Below, in pieces: positions 1 through 10,861 of a DNA stretch of 64,000 nucleotides (within the stretch, counting starts at the first letter, position 1; the number at the start of each line of letters is the position of its first letter). Source of the DNA: Candidatus Saccharimonadota bacterium. GTDB taxonomy: Bacteria > Patescibacteriota > Saccharimonadia > Saccharimonadales > Saccharimonadaceae. The position numbers were made by a program, and so were the translations under genes. The stretch spans positions 2,179-66,178 of the forward strand of contig JAFVCN010000009.1 of the NCBI GenBank assembly GCA_017479205.1. Direction: 5' to 3'. The notes under the pieces were generated by a model. It was not told the DNA's origin and searched no databases. It worked only from the letters and a program-made list of their open reading frames with translations.

Positions 1-1
1 T

Positions 2-1429
2 GAATATTTTAAAACGAAAATTGCTGAATTTGGAAAAGACTTTACAAAAACTATTGCTCAAAATGAATATGAAAACCAAACTGTAATTTGTGAATTTTCC
101 GATCCAAATCCATTTAAAGTTTTACATGTTGGACACCTTTACACTTCGATGGTTGGAGATTCGATTTCGAGGCTGGTTGAATTTGCGGGTGGAAAAGTAA
201 TCCGTGCGAATTTTGGCGGGGATGTTGGTTTACACGTTGCGAAGACCTTATACTCTGTTATAAAAAATAATGAATCGACAGATGATATTGAAAAAATTGC
301 TAAAAATTATGTACTCGGAACTAAGGCTTATGAAGAAGATCCAGAAGCAAAAGCGGAAATTACAAAATTAAACCAAACTATCTATGCGATTGCAAAAAGT
401 GGCCCAGATTTTCACTATGAAGACGCAGAAAAAGCTAAAATTGCGAAATTATATTGGGCTGGGCGTGAAGTAAGTTATGATTATTTTAAGAATTTTTATG
501 CAAAAATTGGCGTTAAATTCGATAAATATTATCCAGAGTCAACTGTAGCTGAAAGAGGATTAAAAGAGGTTAAGACTCATATTGGCGAAGTTTATGAAGA
601 AAGTGACGGAGCGATTGTTTATAGGGGTGAAAAGGACGGACTTCATACTCGAGTTTTTATTAACAAAAATGGACTTCCAACTTATGAGGCGAAAGACGTC
701 GGGCTAATCTTTACTAAATATGACGACTATAAGTTTGATAAATCCATTGTCATTACTGGAAACGATATTATAGATTATATGAAAGTCGTTTTGACTTCAA
801 TCTCGAAGTATGCGCCAGAATTAACCGAAAGAACTTTACACTTAACTCATGGTAATGTTCGTTTGCCTGGAAATGAAAAAATGAGTTCAAGAAAAGGGAA
901 CTTCTTAAAAGCGGTAGATGTTTTAGAATTGGTTGATAAGGTATTAGAGCAGGAATACCAGTCAAAAGACGAAAAGGTTTCGCTTGGGGCGATAAAGTAT
1001 GCGTTTTTAAAATATAAAATTGGCGGAAATATTGTGTTTGATCCGAAGGAATCTGTTTCTATGACTGGTAATTCTGGACCGTATCTTCAATATTCGGCCG
1101 TGAGAGCTTCGAAAATTATTGGAAACATTTTAAAAGACGGCGTGTCGAAGCAGAATGAAAAGTGGGAATTATCTGAGCGTGAGCGTGAACTAATTAAGAA
1201 GATTATTGCTTACAAAGATGAGCTGAGCATTATTGTTAAGGAACTTTCACCGAATAAGCTCTGCAGTTATCTTTATGAGCTTGCACAGGAATTTTCTAGA
1301 TTTTATGAAACTACAAAAGTAGCTGACTCTGAATTTGAATTTGAACGTGGACAAATCGTGTTGGCCTATTTGAAAGTTTTAACACACGGTTTAGGGCTTC
1401 TCGGAATTGAAGTTCCAGAAAGGATGTAG
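2..1429 (+). CDS. argS: arginine--tRNA ligase (5' end cut by window edge)
   Basis: Frame is open from nt 2. Class I HIGH-type motif HVGH (LHVGHLYTS), KMSKS-like MSSRKG, and a C-terminal anticodon-binding region ending in PERM as in ArgRS. Confidence 0.88.
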   Translation, partial: EYFKTKIAEFGKDFTKTIAQNEYENQTVICEFSDPNPFKVLHVGHLYTSMVGDSISRLVEFAGGKVIRANFGGDVGLHVAKTLYSVIKNNESTDDIEKIAKNYVLGTKAYEEDPEAKAEITKLNQTIYAIAKSGPDFHYEDAEKAKIAKLYWAGREVSYDYFKNFYAKIGVKFDKYYPESTVAERGLKEVKTHIGEVYEESDGAIVYRGEKDGLHTRVFINKNGLPTYEAKDVGLIFTKYDDYKFDKSIVITGNDIIDYMKVVLTSISKYAPELTERTLHLTHGNVRLPGNEKMSSRKGNFLKAVDVLELVDKVLEQEYQSKDEKVSLGAIKYAFLKYKIGGNIVFDPKESVSMTGNSGPYLQYSAVRASKIIGNILKDGVSKQNEKWELSERERELIKKIIAYKDELSIIVKELSPNKLCSYLYELAQEFSRFYETTKVADSEFEFERGQIVLAYLKVLTHGLGLLGIEVPERM

Positions 1430-1981
1430 ATGGGTAAAAAAGCGAAATTACTTTGGGTTGATTTAGAGATGACGGGGTTAGATCCGCAGAAAGACCGAAT
1501 TCTTGAAGTAGCCTGTATTGCGACGGATTGGGACTTTAACGAGATTGCGCGTATGACTTCGGTAGTGAAAGTTCCAAAAAGAATTATTAAAAAACGAATG
1601 GTTGGCGAATTTTGGGAAAAAAATATTGAGAGCTATAATTCGCTGATTTCACAAAATGAAACTGGAAAAACGACTGAAGAAGTCGAGGAAGAAGTTTTAG
1701 ATTTTGTCGAAAAGAATTTTGGAAAAGAAGTTATTTTAGCTGGAAATTCAATTCATCAAGACCGTAGATTTATTAGAAATGAATGGAAAAGGCTTGACGA
1801 GAGATTGCATTATCGTATGTTTGATGTTAGTGCATGGAAAGTTTATTTCGAGAACGCGATGGATATTAAGTTTACTAAACGCGACGCTCATCGCGCGCTT
1901 GACGATATTGAAGGTTCGATTGAAGAAATTAAATATTACTTAAAACGTGTTCGCGGTTCAAAATTTGAGAAAGGAAGATAA
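1430..1981 (+). CDS. orn: oligoribonuclease (DEDDh 3'-5' exonuclease)
   Basis: LLWVDLEMTGLD, GNSIHQDRRFI and HRALDDIEGSIEEIKYY motifs. About 180 aa. Start abuts the argS stop. Confidence 0.85.
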   Translation: MGKKAKLLWVDLEMTGLDPQKDRILEVACIATDWDFNEIARMTSVVKVPKRIIKKRMVGEFWEKNIESYNSLISQNETGKTTEEVEEEVLDFVEKNFGKEVILAGNSIHQDRRFIRNEWKRLDERLHYRMFDVSAWKVYFENAMDIKFTKRDAHRALDDIEGSIEEIKYYLKRVRGSKFEKGR

Positions 1982-2292
1982 TGGATTTTAAGATTAATGA
2001 AGTTACTGGTATTGGTGAATTTGAATCTGAAGATTTAGTAAAAAAAGAGCAAAAAGTTGGTAAGATTTTCTATGCGCCGAATTCTAAAGCTTTTGTAGTT
2101 TTAAATGAAAATAAGACTATCGAAGTTAGAACTGATAAGAATCTTTCGAAACTGCTGCGTGAAAAATATGAAAGCGTAATGCAGTCACGTTATTTCGGAA
2201 CTGGCGGAATTGAGATTGTTTTATCGGGACAAATCCCGCAGGATGAAATCTATGATCTGGTTCGACTCAGTTATAACTTAACTATTTCTTAG
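1981..2292 (+). CDS. MmcQ/YjbR-family protein (putative DNA-binding)
   Basis: About 100 aa. The C-terminal pattern V.LSGQIPQDEIYDLVRLSY resembles the YjbR family as recalled. ATG overlaps the orn stop. Confidence 0.4.
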   Translation: MDFKINEVTGIGEFESEDLVKKEQKVGKIFYAPNSKAFVVLNENKTIEVRTDKNLSKLLREKYESVMQSRYFGTGGIEIVLSGQIPQDEIYDLVRLSYNLTIS

Positions 2293-2791
2293 TATTTTTC
2301 TTAATATCTTCAAGCAAGTCAATAATTTTTTCGTTATCAGTCGGTCCGGCTGGTTCTTCTGCTTGTTTTTGTTCTAGTTTGAAACGATTAATAAATTTAA
2401 CGAACAAGAAAATACAAAATGCGACGATTAGAAAATCGACTACGGCTTGTAGGAAATTTCCATACTGTAATTTTACGCCTGCGCCATCTCCGAGCCAGTT
2501 TGGTATGGTAATGGATAAATCAGTAAAATCAACACCACCGATAATCATTCCGACGATTGGCATAATGATGTAATTAACTAGAGCGGTAACGATTTTTCCG
2601 AATGCACCGCCAATGATAACGCCTACTGCGAGATCGACTATGTTGCCCTGATTGATAAAATCGCTAAATTCTTTAACGATTTTAGGTTGTTTTTTCTTAA
2701 ATTCAAGCGCGCGAGCTTTCGCTACTTCTGAGCGCTTTTTTACTGCGTCAGCGTGAGCCTTGGCAGTTTCTGTAATTGATTTAGCTGTCAT
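2282..2791 (-). CDS. mscL: large-conductance mechanosensitive channel MscL with about 40-aa K/A-rich N-terminal extension
   Basis: KEFSDFINQGNIVDLAVGVIIGGAFGKIV signature plus a second TM. No internal start codon would remove the extension. Confidence 0.88.
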   Translation of the reverse strand: MTAKSITETAKAHADAVKKRSEVAKARALEFKKKQPKIVKEFSDFINQGNIVDLAVGVIIGGAFGKIVTALVNYIIMPIVGMIIGGVDFTDLSITIPNWLGDGAGVKLQYGNFLQAVVDFLIVAFCIFLFVKFINRFKLEQKQAEEPAGPTDNEKIIDLLEDIKKNTKK

Positions 2792-2841
2792 AATATTTTT
2801 ATTATATCACAATAGGGGTGCTTTCTCTAATAAAAGGAAAG

Positions 2842-3666
2842 CTAGAAGTAAAAGGTAAATCTTAAGATGAAATCTTTAAATAAAAGTAGAATAATTAAGC
2901 CGAGAATTAGGAATGGACCAAACGGGATTTTGCGTTCCTTTTTCAGAATAGCTGAAGGGATTGCATAGACTGAAGCGAACGTATTAGCGAGGAAGAGCTC
3001 GAAAATGGCCAGTTCAAAACGTCCGAGGAAAATGGCGATTGAAACGCATAGGACCCAATCTCCTCCTCCAACCCATTTCTCTTTTGAGATGAAATATAGA
3101 AGGTAATAGATACCAGCAAGAATTGCGATAGATGCTCCGATTTGTAAGAAATCGCCATGATTTAGAATCTGGTACAAGATGGCTAGGGGGATTTCGGAAA
3201 TCATTAGAATAACTGGTAATTCTCCCCATTTTGCGTCGTAGATGAGTAAAATCCAATAAATAATTGAAGCAATAAATAAAATGAGAAGACTAGCGGTAAA
3301 AACAAGATTTTGGGCTAAAAATCCGAGAAATGAAACTAGTCCGCCGTCATGTAGGAATCCAGATGTAAAATGAATTGATAGAGCGAGAAAGGCTAGGCCT
3401 AATGATAGCTCGGCTAGAATTTCTGCGTTGCCGATTTTCTTTTTACAGTTTCGACATTTCCCGCGCAAAAGTAGCCATGATAAAATCGGAATATTATCAT
3501 GCCATTTTAATTTAGTTTTACAGTGCATACAAATTGAGCGAGAACCTAGTTTTTTGGGCTTTTCGTGAATGCGCCAAGCTTGACAGCAAGCGAACGAGCC
3601 GAAAACTGCTCCAAAAATAAACATAATTAAGTAAAAGAATATAAATTCTAAAGGAATATTCATCAT
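2842..3666 (-). CDS. prepilin peptidase (A24 family, PilD-like)
   Basis: N-terminal CxxC...CxxC block (CMHCKTKL...GKCRNCKKKIG) followed by a polytopic A24-type membrane core. Confidence 0.82.
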   Translation of the reverse strand: MMNIPLEFIFFYLIMFIFGAVFGSFACCQAWRIHEKPKKLGSRSICMHCKTKLKWHDNIPILSWLLLRGKCRNCKKKIGNAEILAELSLGLAFLALSIHFTSGFLHDGGLVSFLGFLAQNLVFTASLLILFIASIIYWILLIYDAKWGELPVILMISEIPLAILYQILNHGDFLQIGASIAILAGIYYLLYFISKEKWVGGGDWVLCVSIAIFLGRFELAIFELFLANTFASVYAIPSAILKKERKIPFGPFLILGLIILLLFKDFILRFTFYF

Positions 3667-4604
3667 TGTTTTGTCTCGCTATGAAATCTCTCATGAACTT
3701 CGCGCAGATGCGGGTCGGTAACATGAGTGTAAATTTGAGTAGTGGCAATATTGGCATGTCCAAGTAATGACTGTACTGAGCGTAAATCGGCTCCATTCAT
3801 AAGTAGGTCGGTTGCAAAAGAATGCCTTAAAGTGTGCGGGGTAACATGTTTAGTAATGCCGGCTTTTCTAGTGTAATTTTGGACAATGCGCTCGATTGAG
3901 CGTGGGGTTAATCTTCTATAATCTCCAGAAGTTGAAGTGGTTTGTTGGTTTTGGGAATTGTTTAAAAATAAAGCTGGTAAGGAATCGGTTCGAGCATCAA
4001 GATAATCTTTAATACAGTCAGCAGTTGAGGCGTCGATAAAAATAGGTCGATCCTTTCTACCTTTACCACGGACGACGAACTCGCGACGCTCAAGATTGAT
4101 ACTATCACGATTTAAATTACATAATTCAGAAACACGAAGACCGCCAGAAAACAGAAGTTCGATAATTGCGCGATCGCGTAAGCCGGTTTCCGTATCGCTC
4201 GGGATTTCGTTTAGAAGTCTTTCAATTTCGTCATAATGTAAAAAAGTTACTTGTTTTTTAGCGGCGCGAGGTAAATCAACTAGGCTAGGGTCAAGACTGT
4301 TAATACCGCGTTTTGCTAAATATTTTAAAAAGCCTCTTAAGGCGATAAGATGATAACTTTGAGTAAGGGCGGACAATCTTTCGTGATTCTGATTATCTTC
4401 AAAACGATTAAGCTTTAAACGATATTTGCGAAGCATTTCAGGAGTAATATCTTTTGGTTTTAGATCATCGCCGTCAATTTCTTCTGCGCAAAGTGTATAA
4501 AAACGATCAAGATAAAGGCTGTAATTGTCGATAGTGCGAGTTGAGCGGCCTTTTTCAATTTCGAGACTTTCGAGAAAATCCTGAATTAATTCTGATATAT
4601 ACAT
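3663..4604 (-). CDS. tyrosine site-specific recombinase, XerC/XerD family
   Basis: N-terminal SAM-like core-binding domain. C-terminal RHSFATDLL...LGHANIATTQIYTHV catalytic motif. Stop overlaps the pilD-like start (ATGA). Confidence 0.88.
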   Translation of the reverse strand: MYISELIQDFLESLEIEKGRSTRTIDNYSLYLDRFYTLCAEEIDGDDLKPKDITPEMLRKYRLKLNRFEDNQNHERLSALTQSYHLIALRGFLKYLAKRGINSLDPSLVDLPRAAKKQVTFLHYDEIERLLNEIPSDTETGLRDRAIIELLFSGGLRVSELCNLNRDSINLERREFVVRGKGRKDRPIFIDASTADCIKDYLDARTDSLPALFLNNSQNQQTTSTSGDYRRLTPRSIERIVQNYTRKAGITKHVTPHTLRHSFATDLLMNGADLRSVQSLLGHANIATTQIYTHVTDPHLREVHERFHSETKQ

Positions 4605-4625
4605 ATTATAATTATATCACGCTTA

Positions 4626-4634
4626 TGGTATACT
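4626..4634 (+). promoter_or_regulatory. extended -10 (TGGTATACT) of a leaderless mRNA
   Basis: Exactly 6 nt lie between the hexamer and ATG 4641. No SD is possible. Confidence 0.55.
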
Positions 4635-4640
4635 ATACCT

Positions 4641-5756
4641 ATGGAACCGCAAGGTAATGAAAAGATTTCTGAGAATGTCAATTATGATCAAAATGTTGTA
4701 AATAGTCATATTGATATGAACCCTCCTCAAGTTATTGAGCCGACAACAGGTAGTTCGGTAATTGTTGAACCGAAAAATGAAGTCCCGAATAATGGTTTTC
4801 CGATTGGCTATGGTCCGAATGAACACTTGAAAAAGATTGAAAAGCCAAAGAAGCCGAAGCTTCACGAACGCTTAAAACACGCACGAAAAAAGTTGTCTTT
4901 AAAGGCGAAAATTTTAATTATAACAATTCCGCTTGGATTGGCGCTACTGATTGGCGGTTTTATTGTTTATGCAAATTTGACCGGTATGTTTAAGACAGAT
5001 TATTCTGGGACTTATCTTGCGGCAAAAGAGTTGAGAACGGAAATGCAGAAGCTGCGTTCTGATTCAAATTGTGATAGAGTCTCGGAATACGTAGATAATC
5101 AATACGCTTCAAAAGATACTTATTCAAAATACATTGAAGGATGTAAAACTGCGGGCGAGGGGGTAGATATGAATATCGTAAACAAGATTAGCGATACTGC
5201 AGGAGTTTTGAGAGATGAAGAAATTCGTAAACGCTATGATATTCTAGTGATTGCGATAAAAACTGCTAAAGAAGGAAATAGTGATGTAGATAAAATTTTG
5301 AAAATCTACACAACTTGGCATTCTTGGATTTTAGCAGAATCGGATGGAAATATCTCTCATAATGATTGGGACTGGACAGAAGGAGATTTAACTAATGCAT
5401 CTAATATTTTGATTGAATCTGGAGTGACGGAATTTAAAGACTATGGCGAAAAATGGCTGCAATTAAAACAAGAAGCGGCAGTGGCGACAAATCTTTATTA
5501 TCATCATGACCCAACTCAAACTAATCTTTCTGAACTTTATACCGATATGACGACTAAACAGAATGCTTTTAATGAATGGAAAAAAGAAAATGAGCCAGAT
5601 GTTTCTGAATTATTCCCGCTTGAGCTAGTGGATATGGCGAAATTGTATTCTAAGTTTGAGGATTTTTACGATTATTTGCGTGAAACTTATCAAAATAACT
5701 ACAATTATCAAGTTGGTGGTTGTAAAGAATTTGTAAACAGTATAGTTTGCGATTAA
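4641..5756 (+). CDS. hypothetical membrane-anchored protein
   Basis: Long ORF with one TM (ILIITIPLGLALLIGGFIVYA) after a basic stretch. Leaderless-type promoter immediately upstream. No family recognised. Confidence 0.5.
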   Translation: MEPQGNEKISENVNYDQNVVNSHIDMNPPQVIEPTTGSSVIVEPKNEVPNNGFPIGYGPNEHLKKIEKPKKPKLHERLKHARKKLSLKAKILIITIPLGLALLIGGFIVYANLTGMFKTDYSGTYLAAKELRTEMQKLRSDSNCDRVSEYVDNQYASKDTYSKYIEGCKTAGEGVDMNIVNKISDTAGVLRDEEIRKRYDILVIAIKTAKEGNSDVDKILKIYTTWHSWILAESDGNISHNDWDWTEGDLTNASNILIESGVTEFKDYGEKWLQLKQEAAVATNLYYHHDPTQTNLSELYTDMTTKQNAFNEWKKENEPDVSELFPLELVDMAKLYSKFEDFYDYLRETYQNNYNYQVGGCKEFVNSIVCD

Positions 5757-5854
5757 CTGTGTTATACTAAAAATACATAAGCATTTCCACTATCTTTTAG
5801 AGCCCCAAGGATCGTGGAAACTCTAGTTTTTAGTGGGGAAATAGAAAGGTAGAA

Positions 5855-6265
5855 ATGAAACAAAGAGTTGTTGTTCAAGTCTTGATTAAACATCACGACA
5901 AGTATCTTTTGTTTGGATATAAACATTTTGATAAGCACAAGGAAGGTTATCTTGATCTTGTCGGAGGCACGGTTATTGGCGGAGAGATTTTGACGGCTGG
6001 ATTAAAACGCGAAGTTAAAGAAAAGGTGCATATTGAGTTAGACGACCGTGATATTAGACCGGTTGATTTTGATAGTGAAGTAATGACCTATAAAGGCAAA
6101 ATGACACATGTAATTTTTTTGAGATATTTTGCGGAAATTGATCATGAATCGGCGTATACGAATAAAAAGAATAAGATTTATTGGATTCGCGAAGGGGAAC
6201 TGATGGAGCATGAATTTACACGCTCGACGGAACGTTTTTTGAGGAAAATGGCATTAATTGCTTGA
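5855..6265 (+). CDS. NUDIX-family hydrolase
   Basis: Nudix-box-like GGTVIGGEILTAGLKREVKEKV. About 135 aa. SD GAAAGG upstream. Confidence 0.6.
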   Translation: MKQRVVVQVLIKHHDKYLLFGYKHFDKHKEGYLDLVGGTVIGGEILTAGLKREVKEKVHIELDDRDIRPVDFDSEVMTYKGKMTHVIFLRYFAEIDHESAYTNKKNKIYWIREGELMEHEFTRSTERFLRKMALIA

Positions 6266-6336
6266 CTTTGACAAAAAATAATTATATTTCATAATAAAAG
6301 TTGAAACTAGAAAGCTAAAAGAAAGGAGTATTTTTT

Positions 6337-6996
6337 ATGATTTATGGCTATATTCGTGTTTCAACTGATAAACAAACTTTGGAGAACCAAGTTTTTGAAA
6401 TAAATAATTTTTGTAAACAACAAGGTCTAAAAATTGATGGTTGGATTTCAGAAACTATTAGCGGTACAAAAAATTATGATAAACGTCGACTTGGGAAGTT
6501 GCTCCGAAAGATTAAAAAAGACGATTTAATTATATGTGTCGAGCTATCTCGTCTTGGTAGAAACTTGTTTATGATTATGGAAATCCTAAATATTTGTATG
6601 ACGAAAGAATGTCAAGTTTGGACGATTAAAGACGGCTACCGATTAGGCGACGATATTCAGGCAAAAGTATTAGCGTTTGCGTTCGGATTGTCTGCGGAAA
6701 TTGAAAGAACCTTACTCTCTCAAAGAACAAAAGAGGCTCTAGATCGTCTAAAAGCAGAAGGGAAAAAATTGGGGCGACCAGTAGGTTCGTTTAGGCGAGA
6801 AGCTTATAAACTTTACGGAAAAGAGCAGAAAATTATAATGTTGATGGATAGTGGCTTATCATGGACAAAAATCGGTAAAAGACTGCGTTGTCATCGCCAA
6901 ACCGTCCAGCGTTATGTTTCAAAGTATTTGCCGGAATATGCAAATTTTTATTATCTTGATCCGGCAACTTTTCCAAAAGCTCATGTCGAAGCTTAA
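6337..6996 (+). CDS. small serine recombinase (resolvase/invertase family)
   Basis: [12 protein letters not shown] catalytic-serine motif, resolvase core, C-terminal HTH ([21 protein letters not shown]). SD AAAGGAG upstream. Confidence 0.85.
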   Translation: MIYGYIRVSTDKQTLENQVFEINNFCKQQGLKIDGWISETISGTKNYDKRRLGKLLRKIKKDDLIICVELSRLGRNLFMIMEILNICMTKECQVWTIKDGYRLGDDIQAKVLAFAFGLSAEIERTLLSQRTKEALDRLKAEGKKLGRPVGSFRREAYKLYGKEQKIIMLMDSGLSWTKIGKRLRCHRQTVQRYVSKYLPEYANFYYLDPATFPKAHVEA

Positions 6997-7062
6997 GGTC
7001 TAGACTTTTTTCGAAAAAAATGGTAAAATATATGCGTTTTATAGAGGAGATAAAAGTAGACT

Positions 7063-9978
7063 ATGGGAAGTGGATTACTTAGTCCTGCTGGAGTGAAAAT
7101 GCAGGGTGGAGACGAAAACTGCATTAAGATTCGTGGCGCTAGACAACACAATTTAAAGGATATCGATATTGATATCCCGCGCGAAAAGTTGGTTGTGATT
7201 ACGGGGCTTTCTGGTTCCGGAAAATCAAGCTTGGCTTTTGATACGATTTATGCAGAAGGACAAAGACGTTATGTTGAAAGTCTTTCAAGTTACGCCAGGA
7301 TGTTCCTTGGTGTAATGGATAAGCCAGATGTTGATACGATTACTGGTTTGTCGCCAGCGATTTCAATTGATCAAAAATCCACTTCTAGAAATCCTCGTTC
7401 TACTGTTGCGACAGTAACAGAAGTATATGATTATCTCCGTTTACTTTTTGCTCGAGTTGGCATTCCACATTGTCCGATTTGTCATCGTGAAGTGCATAGG
7501 CGCTCTGTTGAAGATATTGTCAACGAAGTTATGAAATTGCCTCTTGGTTCTAAACTGATGCTACTTGCTCCGATTGTACAGCAGAAAAAAGGCGAATTTC
7601 AGCATATTTCTGAACAGTATATTAGTAAGGGTTTTTCGCGAGTGCGAGTAGATGGAATTGTTTATGCGCTTGATGAGTTTCCGGAACTTGAGAAGAACAT
7701 TAAACATGACATTGAATTAGTGGTTGATCGCTTTATTTTGAGCCCAGATTTACTAAGTAGAATTTCTGGTTCAATTGAACAGGCTTTGGAGCTTGGAAAT
7801 GGTATTATTAAACTTCTAAAAATTAATGATAATACTTCAAGTATAGAACAAAAGAATCTTGATGAATCAGAAATTATTACTTTCTCACAGCGTTATGCTT
7901 GCGAATATCATCCAGATGAACTAATTCCGGAGCTTGAGCCTAGACTATTTTCTTTTAATGCTCCGCAAGGTGCTTGTCCGACTTGTACTGGACTGGGTTC
8001 TCGTCTAGAAATTGATCCGGGATTGGTATTTAATAAAAATTTGACGATTGCTGAGGGCGGGATTCGTCCGTTTAATCGTATCCGAGATGATTCTTGGTGG
8101 ATGAAACGATTATCGGCAGTGGCGGCACGTCATAATTTCAGTATCTATACGCCGATTAAGGATTTAACTGAGGAGCAAAGACAGATTATTCTTTATGGTA
8201 CTGGGGATGAGAAATATCAAGTAAATATTATTGGCTCAGGAAAATGGCAGAATGGCGCTACTTATGAATCGACCTACGAAGGGGTTATTCCGACTTTGGA
8301 GCGTCGACATAAGGAAACGGATTCCGATTTTATTAGGAAGGACATTGAACGATTTATGCGAATTCGTGAGTGCCAGACTTGTCATGGCGCAAGGTTAAAA
8401 CCGGCTGTTTTAGCTGTGACGATTCACGGGCTTAATATTGTTGATATGTGTAATTTAGATGTAGATGCAACGCTTGAAGTTTTGAATCAAGATTTAGAGT
8501 TTAGCGAATCGGAACAGATGATTGCAAAACCGATTTTGAAAGAAATTCGGGAAAGAATTAAATTTATGCAAGATGTCGGTCTTGGTTATCTTGAATTAGG
8601 TCGAGCAGCAAATACTTTGTCTGGCGGGGAGGCGCAACGTATCCGTCTAGCAACTCAAATTGGCTCTGGTCTTCAAGGCGTACTTTATGTGCTTGATGAA
8701 CCATCGATTGGGCTTCATCAAAGAGATAATGATAAATTAATTGCGACTTTAAAGCATCTTCGTGATTTAAAAAATACCGTGTTAGTAGTCGAGCATGATG
8801 AAGATACGATGTTGTCATCGGACTATCTGATTGATATTGGACCGAAAGCTGGAAATAGAGGGGGAGAAGTAGTAGCGGTTGGAACACCAGAAGAAGTTAA
8901 GAATAATAAAGATTCTATTACTGGACAGTATCTTTCTGGAAAACTTAAAATCGAAACTCCGAAAAAACGTCGTAAGGCAAAGTCCGGAAAAGAATTAGTT
9001 GTTAAGGGGGCGCGCGAAAATAATCTTAAAAATATTGATGTACATTTTCCGCTAGGGGTAATGACGGTAGTTTCAGGCGTTTCTGGTTCTGGAAAGTCAA
9101 CTTTAGTAAATGAGATTTTAGCAAATGAATTATTGGCAGAATATCATCGAGCGCAAACGGTTCCAGGCGAGCATGACGAAATCGAGGGTACGGAAAATCT
9201 GGATAAATGTATCGTGATTGATCAATCGCCGATTGGTCGAACTCCACGTTCAAACCCAGCAACATACACTGGTGTATTTAATCAAATTCGTGAGTTGTTT
9301 GCAAAACAGCCAGAGGCGGAAATTCGCGGCTATAAGGCTGGTCGCTTCTCCTTTAACATTAAAGGCGGGCGCTGTGAGCATTGTCAAGGCGATGGCGTAA
9401 ATAAAATTGAAATGCACTTTTTGCCAGATGTTTATGTAACTTGTCCAGCTTGTCATGGTAAACGTTATAACCGTGAAGCTTTGGAGATTAAATATAAAGG
9501 TAAAGATATCTCGGAAGTACTCGATATGACGATTGATGAAGCGGTTGAATTTTTCGAGAATATTCCGTCGATTGTGCCGAAACTAAAAACTATCCAGGAA
9601 GTCGGATTAGGGTACATTAAACTTGGCCAGCCAGCAACGACTTTCTCTGGCGGAGAAGCACAGCGTATTAAACTTGCAACTGAACTATCCCGTCGCAGTA
9701 CTGGTAAAACATTATATATTTTAGACGAACCGACAACTGGACTTCATACTGATGATGTAAAACGACTGCTTCAAATTCTAAATCGGCTAGTTGATGGTGG
9801 AAACTCGATGATTATTATTGAACATAATCTTCATGTAATTAAATCTGCGGACTGGATTATTGATATGGGACCAGAAGGGGGAGGTAAAGGCGGTCAAGTT
9901 GTTGCGAGCGGAACTCCAGAAGACCTTGCAAAACGAACTGATACTCCAACAGGTCTGTTCTTAAAAACTGTACTATAA
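7063..9978 (+). CDS. uvrA: excinuclease ABC subunit A
   Basis: [14 protein letters not shown], two ABC ATPase modules (GLSGSGKSS and GVSGSGKST), zinc-finger Cys clusters and two LSGGE signatures. An alternative start at ATG 7099 is possible. Confidence 0.95.
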   Translation: MGSGLLSPAGVKMQGGDENCIKIRGARQHNLKDIDIDIPREKLVVITGLSGSGKSSLAFDTIYAEGQRRYVESLSSYARMFLGVMDKPDVDTITGLSPAISIDQKSTSRNPRSTVATVTEVYDYLRLLFARVGIPHCPICHREVHRRSVEDIVNEVMKLPLGSKLMLLAPIVQQKKGEFQHISEQYISKGFSRVRVDGIVYALDEFPELEKNIKHDIELVVDRFILSPDLLSRISGSIEQALELGNGIIKLLKINDNTSSIEQKNLDESEIITFSQRYACEYHPDELIPELEPRLFSFNAPQGACPTCTGLGSRLEIDPGLVFNKNLTIAEGGIRPFNRIRDDSWWMKRLSAVAARHNFSIYTPIKDLTEEQRQIILYGTGDEKYQVNIIGSGKWQNGATYESTYEGVIPTLERRHKETDSDFIRKDIERFMRIRECQTCHGARLKPAVLAVTIHGLNIVDMCNLDVDATLEVLNQDLEFSESEQMIAKPILKEIRERIKFMQDVGLGYLELGRAANTLSGGEAQRIRLATQIGSGLQGVLYVLDEPSIGLHQRDNDKLIATLKHLRDLKNTVLVVEHDEDTMLSSDYLIDIGPKAGNRGGEVVAVGTPEEVKNNKDSITGQYLSGKLKIETPKKRRKAKSGKELVVKGARENNLKNIDVHFPLGVMTVVSGVSGSGKSTLVNEILANELLAEYHRAQTVPGEHDEIEGTENLDKCIVIDQSPIGRTPRSNPATYTGVFNQIRELFAKQPEAEIRGYKAGRFSFNIKGGRCEHCQGDGVNKIEMHFLPDVYVTCPACHGKRYNREALEIKYKGKDISEVLDMTIDEAVEFFENIPSIVPKLKTIQEVGLGYIKLGQPATTFSGGEAQRIKLATELSRRSTGKTLYILDEPTTGLHTDDVKRLLQILNRLVDGGNSMIIIEHNLHVIKSADWIIDMGPEGGGKGGQVVASGTPEDLAKRTDTPTGLFLKTVL

Positions 9979-10056
9979 AAAAACAGAGAAGAACCCCTTG
10001 TAAAAAACTCAAAAAGAGTGTATAATAGTTAGAAGTTGTAATAATAAAGGAAATAT

Positions 10057-10743
10057 ATGTCTGAAAATAAGTTAAGTTTGAATGCTCGAACTGTTTCTGG
10101 AAAGAAAGTTGCAGGGCTCCGAGCTGAGGGTATGATTCCTTCCGTGATTTATGGTGAAGGTGAACCGATTCTAACACAATCTACCTATAATGAAACTGAA
10201 AAAGTTCTTCTTGCTGCTGGTTATCACTCTACTATTGATGTTGATATTGACGGTAAAAAGAAACTTGTAATTGTTAAAGATGTTAATCTTGATCCAGTTT
10301 CTCGTCGTATCGTAAACGTTGAGTTCCAGGCTGTTTCAGCTGACCGCGCAATTGAAGCGACAACTCCGATTAAGATTGAGAATTTTGAAACTTCTGATGC
10401 TTCTAAAGCTCACTTTACAGTTCTTCAGGTTATGGAAGAAATTGATGTTAAGGCTAAACCTTCTGATCTTCCAAAAGAACTTGTGATTGATGCATCTAAT
10501 ATGGCAACTCTTGAAGATAAACTTACTATTGCTGATATCGTTCTTCCGAAAGGCGTTGAATTTGCAGATAAAGAGTTATCCGGCGAACAGCCAGTTGCTA
10601 TCTTAACTGATCCTGCTGCAGAAGCTGCTGCACGTGAAGCTGAAGATGCTGCTGCTAAAGAAGCTGGCGAAACTGACGCTGCTGATGTTCCGAGCGACAA
10701 TGGTTCTAAACCAGAAGAAGCTGCTGGAGAAAAAACTGAATAA
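10057..10743 (+). CDS. rplY: 50S ribosomal protein L25 / general stress protein Ctc form
   Basis: N-terminal L25 fold signature (GKKVAGLRAEGMIPSVIYG), the second Ctc domain and an acidic A/E-rich tail. Confidence 0.85.
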   Translation: MSENKLSLNARTVSGKKVAGLRAEGMIPSVIYGEGEPILTQSTYNETEKVLLAAGYHSTIDVDIDGKKKLVIVKDVNLDPVSRRIVNVEFQAVSADRAIEATTPIKIENFETSDASKAHFTVLQVMEEIDVKAKPSDLPKELVIDASNMATLEDKLTIADIVLPKGVEFADKELSGEQPVAILTDPAAEAAAREAEDAAAKEAGETDAADVPSDNGSKPEEAAGEKTE

Positions 10744-10798
10744 GTATATTTGACCGTGACGCAGCAAATGTGTTTGCGTCTAGACGAGAATCGGGTTC

Positions 10799-10826
10799 AA
10801 AATAAGTGGTTAACGCCACTTATTTT
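10799..10826. terminator. hairpin terminator (11-bp perfect stem)
   Basis: AAAATAAGTGG-TTAACG-CCACTTATTTT, downstream of rplY. Confidence 0.6.
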
Positions 10827-10846
10827 GCATCAGGGAACTTTAAGTG

Positions 10847-10855
10847 TGATAGAAT
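10847..10855 (+). promoter_or_regulatory. extended -10 (TGATAGAAT) of a leaderless mRNA
   Basis: 6 nt before ATG 10862. Confidence 0.5.
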
Positions 10856-10861
10856 AGATAT

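Noticed and set aside
768-965. Short antisense or overlapping ORFs inside well-supported genes (for example 768..965, 2379..2573, 8564..8887, 12358..12657, 25912..26115, 41577..41807, 53301..53591)
   Set aside because: They are fully embedded in confidently identified genes on the other strand or in another frame. They have low-complexity or biased composition and no expression signals.
7008-7021. Palindrome TTTTTTCGAAAAAA downstream of the serine recombinase as a hix/res-type crossover site
   Set aside because: It is a single copy with no partner site found by eye. It is equally explained as a weak A/T hairpin between genes.
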